A DNA stretch of 62,198 nucleotides, filler included, from an uncultured Methanoregulaceae archaeon (GTDB lineage: Archaea > Halobacteriota > Methanomicrobia > Methanomicrobiales > Methanospirillaceae): assembly GCA_964530035.1 (NCBI GenBank). It is 2 parts of 2 records of this genome, joined end to end, with 100 filler letters (N's around TTAATTAATTAA, not from the genome) between each part and the next. Parts side by side here need not be neighbours in the genome. Positions count along the whole stretch, not along the records: positions 31,504 to 62,198 come from CAZGXZ010000005.1; 1 more part is not named here. One strand, written 5' to 3'. Position 1 is the stretch's first letter. The number at the start of each line of letters is the position of its first letter. The position numbers and the translations under genes were made by a program. This document shows, piece after piece, positions 49,079-57,626 of the stretch. Under the pieces are notes generated by a model. The model did no database searches. It was not told the DNA's origin and saw only the letters and a program-made list of their open reading frames with translations.

Positions 49079-49813
49079 TTACAGGACTCCGCTGCCATAC
49101 ACAGATATCATGTAGTACACCCCGACAACTATGAAAATCGCCGCGACCGCCCTCCGTATCCAGCACTCGACGTCCTGCACCTTTTTCATGAAACCGGAAC
49201 ACTTCCCCACTCCCTGGACGAGGAGGAGGGAAATGACGATGACCGGGATGGCGGTGGCAATTGCGAATACTGCCGGGATGATTACCGGGTCACCTGCTGC
49301 AAGGGCGAGCGGGATGAGCATGGCAAAAAACAGTACGGCCGAGAACGGGCAGAAGCTCAGGGCAAAGATGACCCCGAGGAGAAACGCACCCAGATATCCT
49401 TTTTCAACGAGCTTTGCAGAAATACCGGAAGTACGTTTCGAGAGCCAGTTTCCTCCGGGCAACCCACTGAAGTGAAACAGGTCAAGGAGATAGATACCAC
49501 AGATGATAAGAAACGGGCCGAGGAGCAGTTCCCCGTAGTGCTGGAGTCCAAGGGCGATGAACTGGATGTTCATTCCAAACAGGACGATAACCGATGCGAC
49601 GACGATATATGCCAGCATCCTCCCGAGCGTATAGACTGTCCCTGCAAGGAGCGTATGGCGGCTGTTGTCGATTTTCTTGGAGATGAATGCAATCGCCGTG
49701 ATGTTGGTCGCGAGCGGGCATGGACTTATGGCGGTCATCAGGCCGATGAAGAAGGCGGCGACCACGGGGACGGGGCTGGTCCCAAGCGTGCCAAGGGTAT
49801 TGAGGAGGTCCAT
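49079..49813 (-). CDS. ArsG-like/CcdA-DsbD family membrane thiol-redox or aromatic-arsenical permease
   Basis: AFFIGLMTAISPCPLATNI and GVIFALSFCPFS paired Cys motifs with about 6 TM helices. Start at MDLLNT (49813). Confidence 0.85.
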   Translation of the reverse strand: MDLLNTLGTLGTSPVPVVAAFFIGLMTAISPCPLATNITAIAFISKKIDNSRHTLLAGTVYTLGRMLAYIVVASVIVLFGMNIQFIALGLQHYGELLLGPFLIICGIYLLDLFHFSGLPGGNWLSKRTSGISAKLVEKGYLGAFLLGVIFALSFCPFSAVLFFAMLIPLALAAGDPVIIPAVFAIATAIPVIVISLLLVQGVGKCSGFMKKVQDVECWIRRAVAAIFIVVGVYYMISVYGSGVL

Positions 49814-49814
49814 G

Positions 49815-50318
49815 TCAGGACAACCCCTGTTCCAGGCTCTTCGTAATAATCCAGGAGAGGTACGACGCATACCCCTCCGGGTCATTCACCAGCGACCAGA
49901 CCCGGAGGTCTTCGGTCTTGTGGAATCCGGTGGTATCATATACTCCAATCCACAGGGATGACCCTGTCACCCCGTATTGCCTGGCCAGGGCACCGTTTTC
50001 CGGCTTATCGAAGTTGACGTGCCTGAACACGAGGCGTCCACTCTTAGTTTCCTCATTGAAATGCTCAGAAATGGTTTTTTCTGCCAGGTCCCCCACCGCG
50101 ATGCAGGATGCACACTGAGCGTCTCCATGGAAATGGATCACCTCGACACGGTCCGGCCGCAGAGGGTCGGTTTCACTTGTTGTCGTTGCCTGTTGCCCGG
50201 TCAGGGAACCGGGCCCGGCACTGGAAACGCAGCCGGCCACGAGGAGACCCGCCGTTACGAGCATTAAAATGGCCAGGCCTTTCAGGGTGTTCTGAAATAA
50301 AGTCATTTTGGATCTCAT
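49815..50318 (-). CDS. ArsF-like thioredoxin-fold lipoprotein
   Basis: Lipobox VAGC; VEVIHFHGDAQCASC...GRLVFRHVN...YGVTGSSLWI. Confidence 0.85.
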   Translation of the reverse strand: MRSKMTLFQNTLKGLAILMLVTAGLLVAGCVSSAGPGSLTGQQATTTSETDPLRPDRVEVIHFHGDAQCASCIAVGDLAEKTISEHFNEETKSGRLVFRHVNFDKPENGALARQYGVTGSSLWIGVYDTTGFHKTEDLRVWSLVNDPEGYASYLSWIITKSLEQGLS

Positions 50319-50715
50319 ATTTACATTATTGGATGGGACAGGTCGGGATCAAGGCGGCCGATGATAGTGATATCGAAAAGATAGTCCTGACTACTTTTCT
50401 TCTCTCTTTGATTCGCCTTTCTTCTGCGTATCGGTATCAGGTGAGGGTTTGGGGACGATCTTCGTCCCACAGCAGCAACCTGAATCTTTCTTCCCAAAGA
50501 TTCTCTCCACAAACCCCTTTTTTTCAGTCATCCTTCACTACTAAGCGCCGAATACTTAAAATTTTTTTGAAGTGGTAGCATCCGGATATGCCCTGTACCT
50601 CCACGCTGAAAAGCCGGGAACGGGCCGATCACGTGGTGGTTATGCGGAGGAATGAGTATCGTTTTGGTCGTTGTGTCATTCTATGACTGGCAGGTCGGTA
50701 CTTCCGGCACGAGAA

Positions 50716-51111
50716 TCACGGGCAGGGCACAGAAGGGTCGTCCTGGACAAACATGAGCCCCTTTTCCGTAATCTGATAAATTATCCAGTTCCCCTTCTGT
50801 TCACCCTCGATGAGCCCTGCCTTTTTGAGGATGGTGAGATGGTAGGATAGCTTTGAGTCGGCTATCCCGATACAGGCCTTGATGACACAGACGCAGAGCG
50901 GCTGGACCCTGAGGAGGTAGAGGACCTTCATACGCAGCGGGTCCGAGAGGGCGTGGTAGATGGTGGTTGTTTTTGCTATGCTGCTTTCCGGAGGTAACTG
51001 GTCGCACAGCCCTTGTATTCCGCCGATCGCATCAAGGTCTTCCTGGATAGCGGGAGGAATATCCGTCCGGCTGATCGTGCAATTGCAGGGCTGTTTTATC
51101 TTGTTTTTCAT
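50716..51111 (-). CDS. arsR: ArsR/SmtB metalloregulator
   Basis: ALSDPLRMKVL..L..QPLCVCVIKAC..SKLSYHL..LKKAGLI...GNWIIY, with the As-binding-type CVC motif. Confidence 0.92.
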   Translation of the reverse strand: MKNKIKQPCNCTISRTDIPPAIQEDLDAIGGIQGLCDQLPPESSIAKTTTIYHALSDPLRMKVLYLLRVQPLCVCVIKACIGIADSKLSYHLTILKKAGLIEGEQKGNWIIYQITEKGLMFVQDDPSVPCP

Positions 51112-51176
51112 TCTAGGTGTTCATCCCGGCGCAAATCCAATGAATATGAAATAATTAGGAATAAATAGCTTGTCAG

Positions 51177-51204
51177 TTCATAAATATTTCAATTAAAATT
51201 GAAA
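51177..51204. promoter_or_regulatory. TATA-like box with ArsR-type inverted-repeat operator
   Basis: TTCATAAATA (51177-86) immediately followed by perfect TTTCAATT-AA-AATTGAAA (51187-51204), between the divergent arsR and permease operons. Confidence 0.7.
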
Positions 51205-51223
51205 CGTTATCCAGGTACCTGCC

Positions 51224-51790
51224 ATGGCCCTCTGTGAAGGATGCACCGGCCGGGGTGCGGATGCCCCTCCCCTTTTTACCGGATACGGAACGGGGTGGAA
51301 TGCCGGTTCCCATGTCTGTGACTGCCATGAGGCCGGGGGCCCCGGACCATCGGTCCACAAACGCCGGATTATCCATTCCCTCGGATTTGCCTGGGCCCTT
51401 TTCCGGCAGGTCGTGCCATACCTGGTCCTCGGTGCTGCCATCGGGGCGTTCATCCAGGGGTTCATCCCGGAAGAGCTGATCGTTGCGGTTGCCGGGCCCC
51501 AAAACCCCCTGGCCATTCCGGTAGCCGCTATCATCGGTGTCCCGATGAACATCCGTGCTGAAACGGTCATCCCGATAAGCGCCGTCCTGCTCGAAAAGGG
51601 AATGGGAATCGGGGCGGTCATGGCCCTGATCATCGGCGGCGCCGGGGCAGGCATTCCCGAGGTCACGCTCCTCCGGTCCATCTTTGAAAAGCGACTCGTG
51701 GCCGCATTTGTGATAACGGTTTTCGGGGTCGCCGTCCTTGCAGGTAGTATCTTCCCGTTCCTCGCGACAGGTGGTTTCATTGTCTCGTAA
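51224..51790 (+). CDS. Half-length ArsP/DUF318-family permease (C-terminal half only; possible pseudogene)
   Basis: Cys/His leader, then PYLVLGAAIGAFIQGFIPE...AIPVAAIIGVPM.IRAE..IPI...KGMGIGAVMALIIGGAGAGIPE; no N-terminal CSC half. Confidence 0.65.
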   Translation: MALCEGCTGRGADAPPLFTGYGTGWNAGSHVCDCHEAGGPGPSVHKRRIIHSLGFAWALFRQVVPYLVLGAAIGAFIQGFIPEELIVAVAGPQNPLAIPVAAIIGVPMNIRAETVIPISAVLLEKGMGIGAVMALIIGGAGAGIPEVTLLRSIFEKRLVAAFVITVFGVAVLAGSIFPFLATGGFIVS

Positions 51791-51829
51791 TATACCGCGG
51801 TTCCAATCGTCCGAAAGGAGGTTTCAGCC

Positions 51830-52903
51830 ATGATTGAAAGTATCACAGCTTCATTACTGCTCGGCTGGGTGACGTTGCTTGACTATCTCGCCAAGCACGT
51901 CATCACCTGCCTGGTCCCGGCGTTCTTCATCGCCGGAGCGATAGCTGCCTTTGTCAGGAAGGAAGCCATTCTCAAGTACTTCAGCCCGGAAACAAAGAAA
52001 ACAACCTCTTATGGGATTGCCTCGGTGTCCGGGGCTGTGCTTGCTGTTTGTAGTTGCACGATCCTTCCGATGTTCGCCGGCATTCTCAAGAAGGGGAGCG
52101 GGCTCGGGCCGGCCATTACGTTCCTCTATGCCGGACCGGCCATCAACATCCTCGCGATTGTTTATTCTGCCCAGGTCCTCGGGCTGGACATCGGCATCGC
52201 CCGGGCAGTTTCAGCCATTCTCCTCTCAATTCTAATTGGTCTTATCATGATGCGGCTCTTCCCGCGGCATGACGAAGAGACTGCCAAAACCCATGCGGCA
52301 GCGCGACGAGCAGTCATGGCACAGGAAAATGACAAACCCAACTGGGTTATCATCACGTTCTTTGCTCTCCTGATAGCAATCCTGCTGGTAGGGACATCAG
52401 CGCTGGACCTGTTCTACCGGCTCCTTATCGTGTATTTCCTCTCCCTTGCCGTTGCGTTCCTCCTCATCTACTACTTTACGCGTGACGAAGTGACCGAGTG
52501 GGGGTACGAGATCTGGGACCTGACGAAGAAGATATTCCCCATCCTTATCATCGGTACCTTTGCCCTGGGCGTCCTGGCATATTTCATCCCACCGGAGACC
52601 TTCAAACCGTTCTTTGGCGAAAATACCCTTCTGGCAAGCTTCCTTGCGGCGGTAGTCGGGACGATCCTCTACATGCCGACCCTGCTTGAAGTGCCGGTCA
52701 TCGGCACCACCCTCGGGTACCTCTCCGGTTCCATGGCGAAAGGTCCTGCCCTTGCGCTGCTCCTGACCGGCCCGAGTGTCAGCCTGCCCAGCCTTCTCGT
52801 CCTCTACCGGATCATGGGAGGGAAAAAGACCCTTGCCTATGCCGGTCTGGTCATCGTCTTCTCCACCCTGGCAGGGTTTGTCTTCGGTATGACGGGGTGG
52901 TGA
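51830..52903 (+). CDS. ArsP/DUF318-family permease
   Basis: SD GGAGG; HVITCLVPAFFIAGAI, LAVCSCTILPMF, GPAITFLYAGPAIN, YMPTLLEVP, GPALALLLTGPSVSLP. Confidence 0.92.
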   Translation: MIESITASLLLGWVTLLDYLAKHVITCLVPAFFIAGAIAAFVRKEAILKYFSPETKKTTSYGIASVSGAVLAVCSCTILPMFAGILKKGSGLGPAITFLYAGPAINILAIVYSAQVLGLDIGIARAVSAILLSILIGLIMMRLFPRHDEETAKTHAAARRAVMAQENDKPNWVIITFFALLIAILLVGTSALDLFYRLLIVYFLSLAVAFLLIYYFTRDEVTEWGYEIWDLTKKIFPILIIGTFALGVLAYFIPPETFKPFFGENTLLASFLAAVVGTILYMPTLLEVPVIGTTLGYLSGSMAKGPALALLLTGPSVSLPSLLVLYRIMGGKKTLAYAGLVIVFSTLAGFVFGMTGW

Positions 52904-52906
52904 CCC

Positions 52907-53185
52907 ATGGACGACAGGGTCCCGTGCTGTGCGGCCGATGCGGTGAGAACGGTCCGCCGGGTGGACATCAACGGAAAAATGACCGGCATCGCGATGTTCG
53001 ACGAGGTCATCAGGCAGGTCAGGGAACAGGACCTTTCTTCAGACGAAGAAATCCGTGCTGCTTTGCTAAAACGCGTCAAGGTTTACAACTACGTCCCGGA
53101 AGCGGTCGAGGACGCGTATGTGAGGGTATTGCACGATGCATATGTATCCTCAATGCGAACGGGTAATACAAAAAAAATTGAATAA
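52907..53185 (+). CDS. Small ars-associated hypothetical protein with vicinal Cys
   Basis: PCCAADA...G...LLKRVKVYNYVP; 3 nt after the permease stop. Confidence 0.75.
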   Translation: MDDRVPCCAADAVRTVRRVDINGKMTGIAMFDEVIRQVREQDLSSDEEIRAALLKRVKVYNYVPEAVEDAYVRVLHDAYVSSMRTGNTKKIE

Positions 53186-53215
53186 CTGGTCAGGACAGGT
53201 ACATGCGGAGAATTC

Positions 53216-53452
53216 ATGACAACGATTGAAGTCCTCGGCACCGGGTGTGCAAAATGCAAACGGCTGTTCACCAATGCCGAACAGGCGGTAAAGGAATTGA
53301 ATGTGGCTGCGGATGTCGTCAAGGTGGATGACCTCGACCAGATCGTTGAGCGGGGCGTCATGCTCACCCCGGCGCTCTCCATCAATGGTGAGGTCGTCTC
53401 GGAGGGCCGGGTCCTTGATGTGAAAGAGCTAAAGAAGATGCTCACGGAGTGA
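53216..53452 (+). CDS. Small thioredoxin (MTH895/ArsE-like, Thioredoxin_3)
   Basis: IEVLGTGCAKC...GVMLTPALSINGEVVSEGRV. Confidence 0.93.
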   Translation: MTTIEVLGTGCAKCKRLFTNAEQAVKELNVAADVVKVDDLDQIVERGVMLTPALSINGEVVSEGRVLDVKELKKMLTE

Positions 53453-53922
53453 ACAGGATGACTGAAACCCCAACATGCTCATGCGGACAGAACGAACCGA
53501 AACGGATCATATTTCCCTGTGCCGGACAGGCCAACGTGGGCCAGCTCACGAACCTCGCGGCAGTACAGCTGACTGAAGAAGGATACGGCACCATCGCCTG
53601 CATCGCACTGCTCGCAATAGGTTCGAAATCACTGGTTGAGAACGCGAAAAACGCTGATGAAGTGGTCATCCTTGACGGGTGCCCGATGCTCTGCGGGAAG
53701 AAGATTGCAGAGGAAAAAGGCGTCCAGGAGACCCAGCACCTCGTCGTTACCGAACTGGGAATAACCAAGGGTCCCTCGAAGTCATACACCTCTGATGATG
53801 TCGAAACCATCGTTTCCGCATGCTGGAAAGGCGAGGGAAAGGGTGGATTACCTGGGCCAAAAGAAAAGAAACCAGGTGGCGTAGACAGTGGTTGCGGGTG
53901 CGGGTGCAACGGCCGCTGCTGA
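53449..53922 (+). CDS. DGC-domain putative zinc-binding protein
   Basis: CSCG..IIFPCAGQANVGQL...CIA...ILDGCPMLCGKK, with a Cys-rich tail GCGCGCNGRC. Confidence 0.9.
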   Translation: MNRMTETPTCSCGQNEPKRIIFPCAGQANVGQLTNLAAVQLTEEGYGTIACIALLAIGSKSLVENAKNADEVVILDGCPMLCGKKIAEEKGVQETQHLVVTELGITKGPSKSYTSDDVETIVSACWKGEGKGGLPGPKEKKPGGVDSGCGCGCNGRC

Positions 53923-53957
53923 TATGCTCACCAGGATCACCATACGAGGCGAGGAAA

Positions 53958-54257
53958 ACGACCGATGAACAAGAGGTCCTTGCATGGGCCCGGGACTATG
54001 CCCAGAAGAACGGCTTTGTCCTGAACCCGGATGAAACCGCGCTTTTAACGGTCATCCGGGGGCTTCTCCGGAATGAAACACGGTTCGGCGCACGATATTG
54101 TCCCTGTAGGATCCGGTCTAAGGACCCTGACAAGGATAAGGCGATCATCTGTCCCTGTGTTTACCACCTGGAGGAGATCGCACGGGACGGATACTGCCAC
54201 TGCCGGCTCTATTTCCGGAAAGATGCTGCTTGGGAAAAAATCGGGGGCGGGGGTTGA
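53958..54257 (+). CDS. Ferredoxin:thioredoxin reductase catalytic subunit (FTR-beta-like); no canonical start codon
   Basis: GFVLNPD...GLLRNETRFGARYCPCR...ICPC..H..EI..DGYCHCRLY. The only well-placed start is ACG at 53958 after GAGGCGAGG. Confidence 0.85.
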   Translation, partial: TTDEQEVLAWARDYAQKNGFVLNPDETALLTVIRGLLRNETRFGARYCPCRIRSKDPDKDKAIICPCVYHLEEIARDGYCHCRLYFRKDAAWEKIGGGG

Positions 54258-54598
54258 CCGTCACCCTGGTAACCTGTTCAGGGGTCTCGAATACCGGTAA
54301 GCTCACCGCGCAGGCGGCCCTCACCCTGCTCCACCGCCGGCCGGGACAGTATACCTGGGTCGATGCCAGGCAATCCACGAAAGCCCTGGAGACCGGGATC
54401 GGGAATACCGGACGGGTCATCGTCCTTGACGGCTGCCCGGACAGCTGTGCTTTCAAGAAACTCTCCTCGTCCCGTATCGGGCCCACGTGCCATATCATCG
54501 CGACTGACCTTGGGATAGAGAAAAACGGCATGGCTGAAGTCAGGTTCCATGAGATCGAGAGGGTGGTCAGAGCCGTTATGGATGCTGATACTTCATGA
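54254..54598 (+). CDS. Second DGC-domain protein
   Basis: TTG start overlapping the FTR stop (TTGA); LVTCSGVSNTGKL...VLDGCPDSCAFKK...HIIATDLGIEK. Confidence 0.85.
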   Translation: MTVTLVTCSGVSNTGKLTAQAALTLLHRRPGQYTWVDARQSTKALETGIGNTGRVIVLDGCPDSCAFKKLSSSRIGPTCHIIATDLGIEKNGMAEVRFHEIERVVRAVMDADTS

Positions 54599-54993
54599 AC
54601 CTGCCCCGCTACAAACGCCTGGAAATCGAATGGCTGCATTTCGCCGTTGGTGATTCGACCTGCGACCGGTGTGCAGGGACGGGGAATTCCCTCCGGAAGG
54701 CCGTTGACACCCTCCGCCATGAATTAACAGTCCATGGGGTGAAGATCAACCTGACGGAAACTATTCTTGACAAGACCCGTATCGCGGAATCAAATGAGGT
54801 CCGGATGAACGGCACCCGCATCGAGGACCTCCTTGCAGCAACCGTGACCCAGACCGACTGCCCTTCATGCGGTCAGCTGGCCGGAGAGAGCACCTGCTGC
54901 CGGGCGATTGAAGTTGACGAAACCCTGTACGAGGATATTCCCGAAGTATTGATCCTGAAGGCGGCATACCGGGCACTGGGCATGGGCGCCTGA
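54595..54993 (+). CDS. DUF2703-like thioredoxin-fold/heavy-metal-associated protein
   Basis: LEIEW...TCDRCAGTG...SNEVRMNG..IEDLL...CPSC...TCCRA...YEDIP; ATGA overlap. Confidence 0.85.
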   Translation: MNLPRYKRLEIEWLHFAVGDSTCDRCAGTGNSLRKAVDTLRHELTVHGVKINLTETILDKTRIAESNEVRMNGTRIEDLLAATVTQTDCPSCGQLAGESTCCRAIEVDETLYEDIPEVLILKAAYRALGMGA

Positions 54994-55128
54994 ACTCTTC
55001 CAGGTTGATACGTGAAACAGGACAGGTGGATACCTGACGCATGACCTGATGGGGCAGCTGGATGACGTATCGGAGTTCACCATGCATTTCAACATTTTTT
55101 TAAGCAAAGGCCATCATAGGTTATACCT

Positions 55129-55578
55129 ATGCGGCGACGTTCCTTCCTGCAGAAAAAGAGCACCATCGCACTCGTGGTAATCATCCTCGCCATTGTCATC
55201 GTCGGACTCTTCATGGGTCTGGGCGGGCTGCCGGCATCCGGCCAGGCCGTTTCTGTTTCATCGTTCCAGACCGACAAGGACCAGTATCACTCAAAGGAGA
55301 TCATGAAAGTCCAGGTAACCCTTACTTCAAACACGCGTCTTGAAAATGTCAGGGTGTTCCTTGAAGGGATCAAGGACCGGTACGGAGAACTGCACCTGAA
55401 GAAAAATACCTCCCTGACCCTCATACCCGGGACAAACACCGTGAACCTTGAATACCAGCTGCCGACCTGCTCCACGTGCTCAGGTATCAACCCGGGCGAC
55501 TATCCCCTCAACCTGAGTGTCGTCCAGAACGGGGTACAGTTAGCCAGGGGTGTTCATACGGTCCACCTTGAGCAGTAG
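55129..55578 (+). CDS. Membrane-anchored Ig-like hypothetical protein with CxxC
   Basis: N-terminal TM, TDKDQYHSKE, and LPTCSTCSGINPGDY. Confidence 0.8.
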   Translation: MRRRSFLQKKSTIALVVIILAIVIVGLFMGLGGLPASGQAVSVSSFQTDKDQYHSKEIMKVQVTLTSNTRLENVRVFLEGIKDRYGELHLKKNTSLTLIPGTNTVNLEYQLPTCSTCSGINPGDYPLNLSVVQNGVQLARGVHTVHLEQ

Positions 55579-55751
55579 CCTCAGCAATTGCTCCACGAAT
55601 TCCATGGAAGCAAAGGAGTCAGGGAGAATGGGGTTGTCTTGATTCAAGACGGACATACTAATTCAAAAAAAATTTAACTGCTCCTGACAAACCATAAGAA
55701 TCATAAGGGCCGGGTTAGATCGACGGCCCTGGAGTCCTGATAAATCATAGA

Positions 55752-56213
55752 ATGGTAATTCCCGCCCTGCTTTGCATCATTGTCATCGGTATAGCCCTTT
55801 CCACCGGGTGCATGGAAACGGGAACAGGCAGTCCGTCGCCTTCGGCTCAGAACATCCCGGCACGTACCACCACTCCGGTTGACCTCGTGGAGGTCTATCA
55901 CTTCCACCCGGCGCAGCAGTGTTACTCCTGCAAGACTCTCGGAAATTACACCGAGGAAGCAATAACAACTTCCTTTGCCCCGGAACTCGCGTCAGGGAAA
56001 CTGGTCTTCAGACATGTCAATTATGGCCTTCCCGAAAATGCCGACCTCGTCGGTAAATACGGCGTCACGGGGTCTTCACTCTGGATCGGCACCTCCAATG
56101 CCACCGGGTTTTCCAAGGAGCAGGACGTAAAGGTATGGTATCTGATCGGAAACAAGGACGTCTTCATGGCCTATATCAAGGAGAAGGTCAATCAGAAGCT
56201 GAACGGGATGTAG
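55752..56213 (+). CDS. Second ArsF-like thioredoxin-fold lipoprotein
   Basis: Lipobox STGC; VEVYHFHPAQQCYSC...GKLVFRHVN...YGVTGSSLWIG; paralog of 49815..50318. Confidence 0.87.
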   Translation: MVIPALLCIIVIGIALSTGCMETGTGSPSPSAQNIPARTTTPVDLVEVYHFHPAQQCYSCKTLGNYTEEAITTSFAPELASGKLVFRHVNYGLPENADLVGKYGVTGSSLWIGTSNATGFSKEQDVKVWYLIGNKDVFMAYIKEKVNQKLNGM

Positions 56214-56743
56214 AGGACCCTCTCCTTTTAGCATTATTTTCCTCCGCATCCGGTCAAAGATAACAGCATCGTTCCGGTCAAGGAACTGTCCTGCACATTA
56301 TACCCCTCAAATGTGCTGGCTGTTCCCTGCAACGCGGTACTCTTTGGAAATCATGAGTGCTCGCCCTGCCTGGAGGACAGTACACATTATGAATAACGGA
56401 TTTTCACGATGATCCCGGAGAGGTTTCAGGATCATTCATCCACCAGGTCAGGGACCGGCTCGGTCAGGGTGACGTGCCCGCTGCTAGTCTTCCCATCGAC
56501 CACCATCCCTGCGAATAGTCGTTGAACCTGGTAAAAGAATGAAGCCGGATGGACACTCCTGTTGTGTCAGGGGGACTCACAAACCTAATATACTCACGTC
56601 AGGGATCAGGACAGGAAATTAATCACTACAGCTCCGGCCCAGGATACCGAGGGATATGAAAGAACCTTATCACAGTATGGAGTAGTCAGTACAGTATACA
56701 CCTGGCAGGGTGGACGGGTGAAAAGAACGGGGGAGGGCTTTTC

Positions 56744-57043
56744 GTGAAACAAATTTTGTGGTGGCTTATTGCCGGCTCAAAAGGCGGAGTCAACCGCGCC
56801 CGGATCATCCAGGCCCTCCACAAGCGCCCGTATAACGCCAACCAGCTGACCCAGATGTTCGACCTGGATTACAAGACCGTCCGTCACCACCTGGACGTCC
56901 TGAAAAAACACCATGCCATCACCCTGATAGGGGAGGGATATGGGACCATGTATGTCCTGTCTGAAACGATGAAAGCACAATACAATGATTTCCTGGAGAT
57001 CTGGGAGCAGGTCGCGGCCCCGGAAGACCAGAAGGAGGAGTGA
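56744..57043 (+). CDS. Archaeal ArsR-like winged-helix regulator
   Basis: LWWLIAGSKGGVNRARII..L..RPYNANQL...LDYKTVRHHLDVL; no metal-binding Cys. Confidence 0.9.
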   Translation: MKQILWWLIAGSKGGVNRARIIQALHKRPYNANQLTQMFDLDYKTVRHHLDVLKKHHAITLIGEGYGTMYVLSETMKAQYNDFLEIWEQVAAPEDQKEE

Positions 57044-57507
57044 AGCGCCGTATGGAGAAAAAAGACCTGGTGTGGGTCATCCTCATCTCGGTGATCCTCA
57101 TCACTATCGCGAGCTTCATGCTCCCGGTCATCATGAAGGGGCCGGACCATGGGGCTGGGCCAAATCCTCCCCCCCAAAACCAGGCCGGCCAGGACTCCGT
57201 CCGCCCTCCACCTCCCCCTGGCCAGGAGGAGAGCAAGCAGCTCAAGACCCTGGTCTCCTTCATCAACCTGGGGCTGATCATCCCTCTCTTCATCATATAC
57301 GCAGGGATTTACCAGAAACTCCGGAGTTCGTTCACCCTCGGCCTGATGGCGGTCATCTTCGCCCTCGGGATGTACGCCCTGACCTCGAATCCATTCCTCA
57401 TGAGCCTTTTCGGGGAACATGCAGGCCAGATTGGTATCTTCCAGATCATCCCGGACCTCTGTGCAACCGCAGCCCTCCTCATCCTCATCAGGATCAGCCT
57501 TGAGTGA
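57040..57507 (+). CDS. 4-TM membrane protein with Pro-rich loop (copy 1)
   Basis: GTGA overlap with the regulator (alternative ATG 57052); KT.VSFIN.GLI.PLF.IY..IY..LRSSFTLGL...YALTSNP...IIPDLC. Confidence 0.85.
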   Translation: MKRRMEKKDLVWVILISVILITIASFMLPVIMKGPDHGAGPNPPPQNQAGQDSVRPPPPPGQEESKQLKTLVSFINLGLIIPLFIIYAGIYQKLRSSFTLGLMAVIFALGMYALTSNPFLMSLFGEHAGQIGIFQIIPDLCATAALLILIRISLE

Positions 57508-57626
57508 CCGCTATGATTTGGGTGTAATCCGGGTGAGATATGGGTTGAATTCTGGAATTTCCTTATCTCTTTTTGCGAATAAGAACTTAATATCCCTTTT
57601 TTGCACAAAGGGAACGGAATGATACA

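Noticed and set aside
53890..53925. TGA after a Cys-rich tail as possible selenocysteine read-through
   Set aside because: The DGC protein is complete at this stop, read-through is not in frame with FTR, and no SECIS-like element was recognised.
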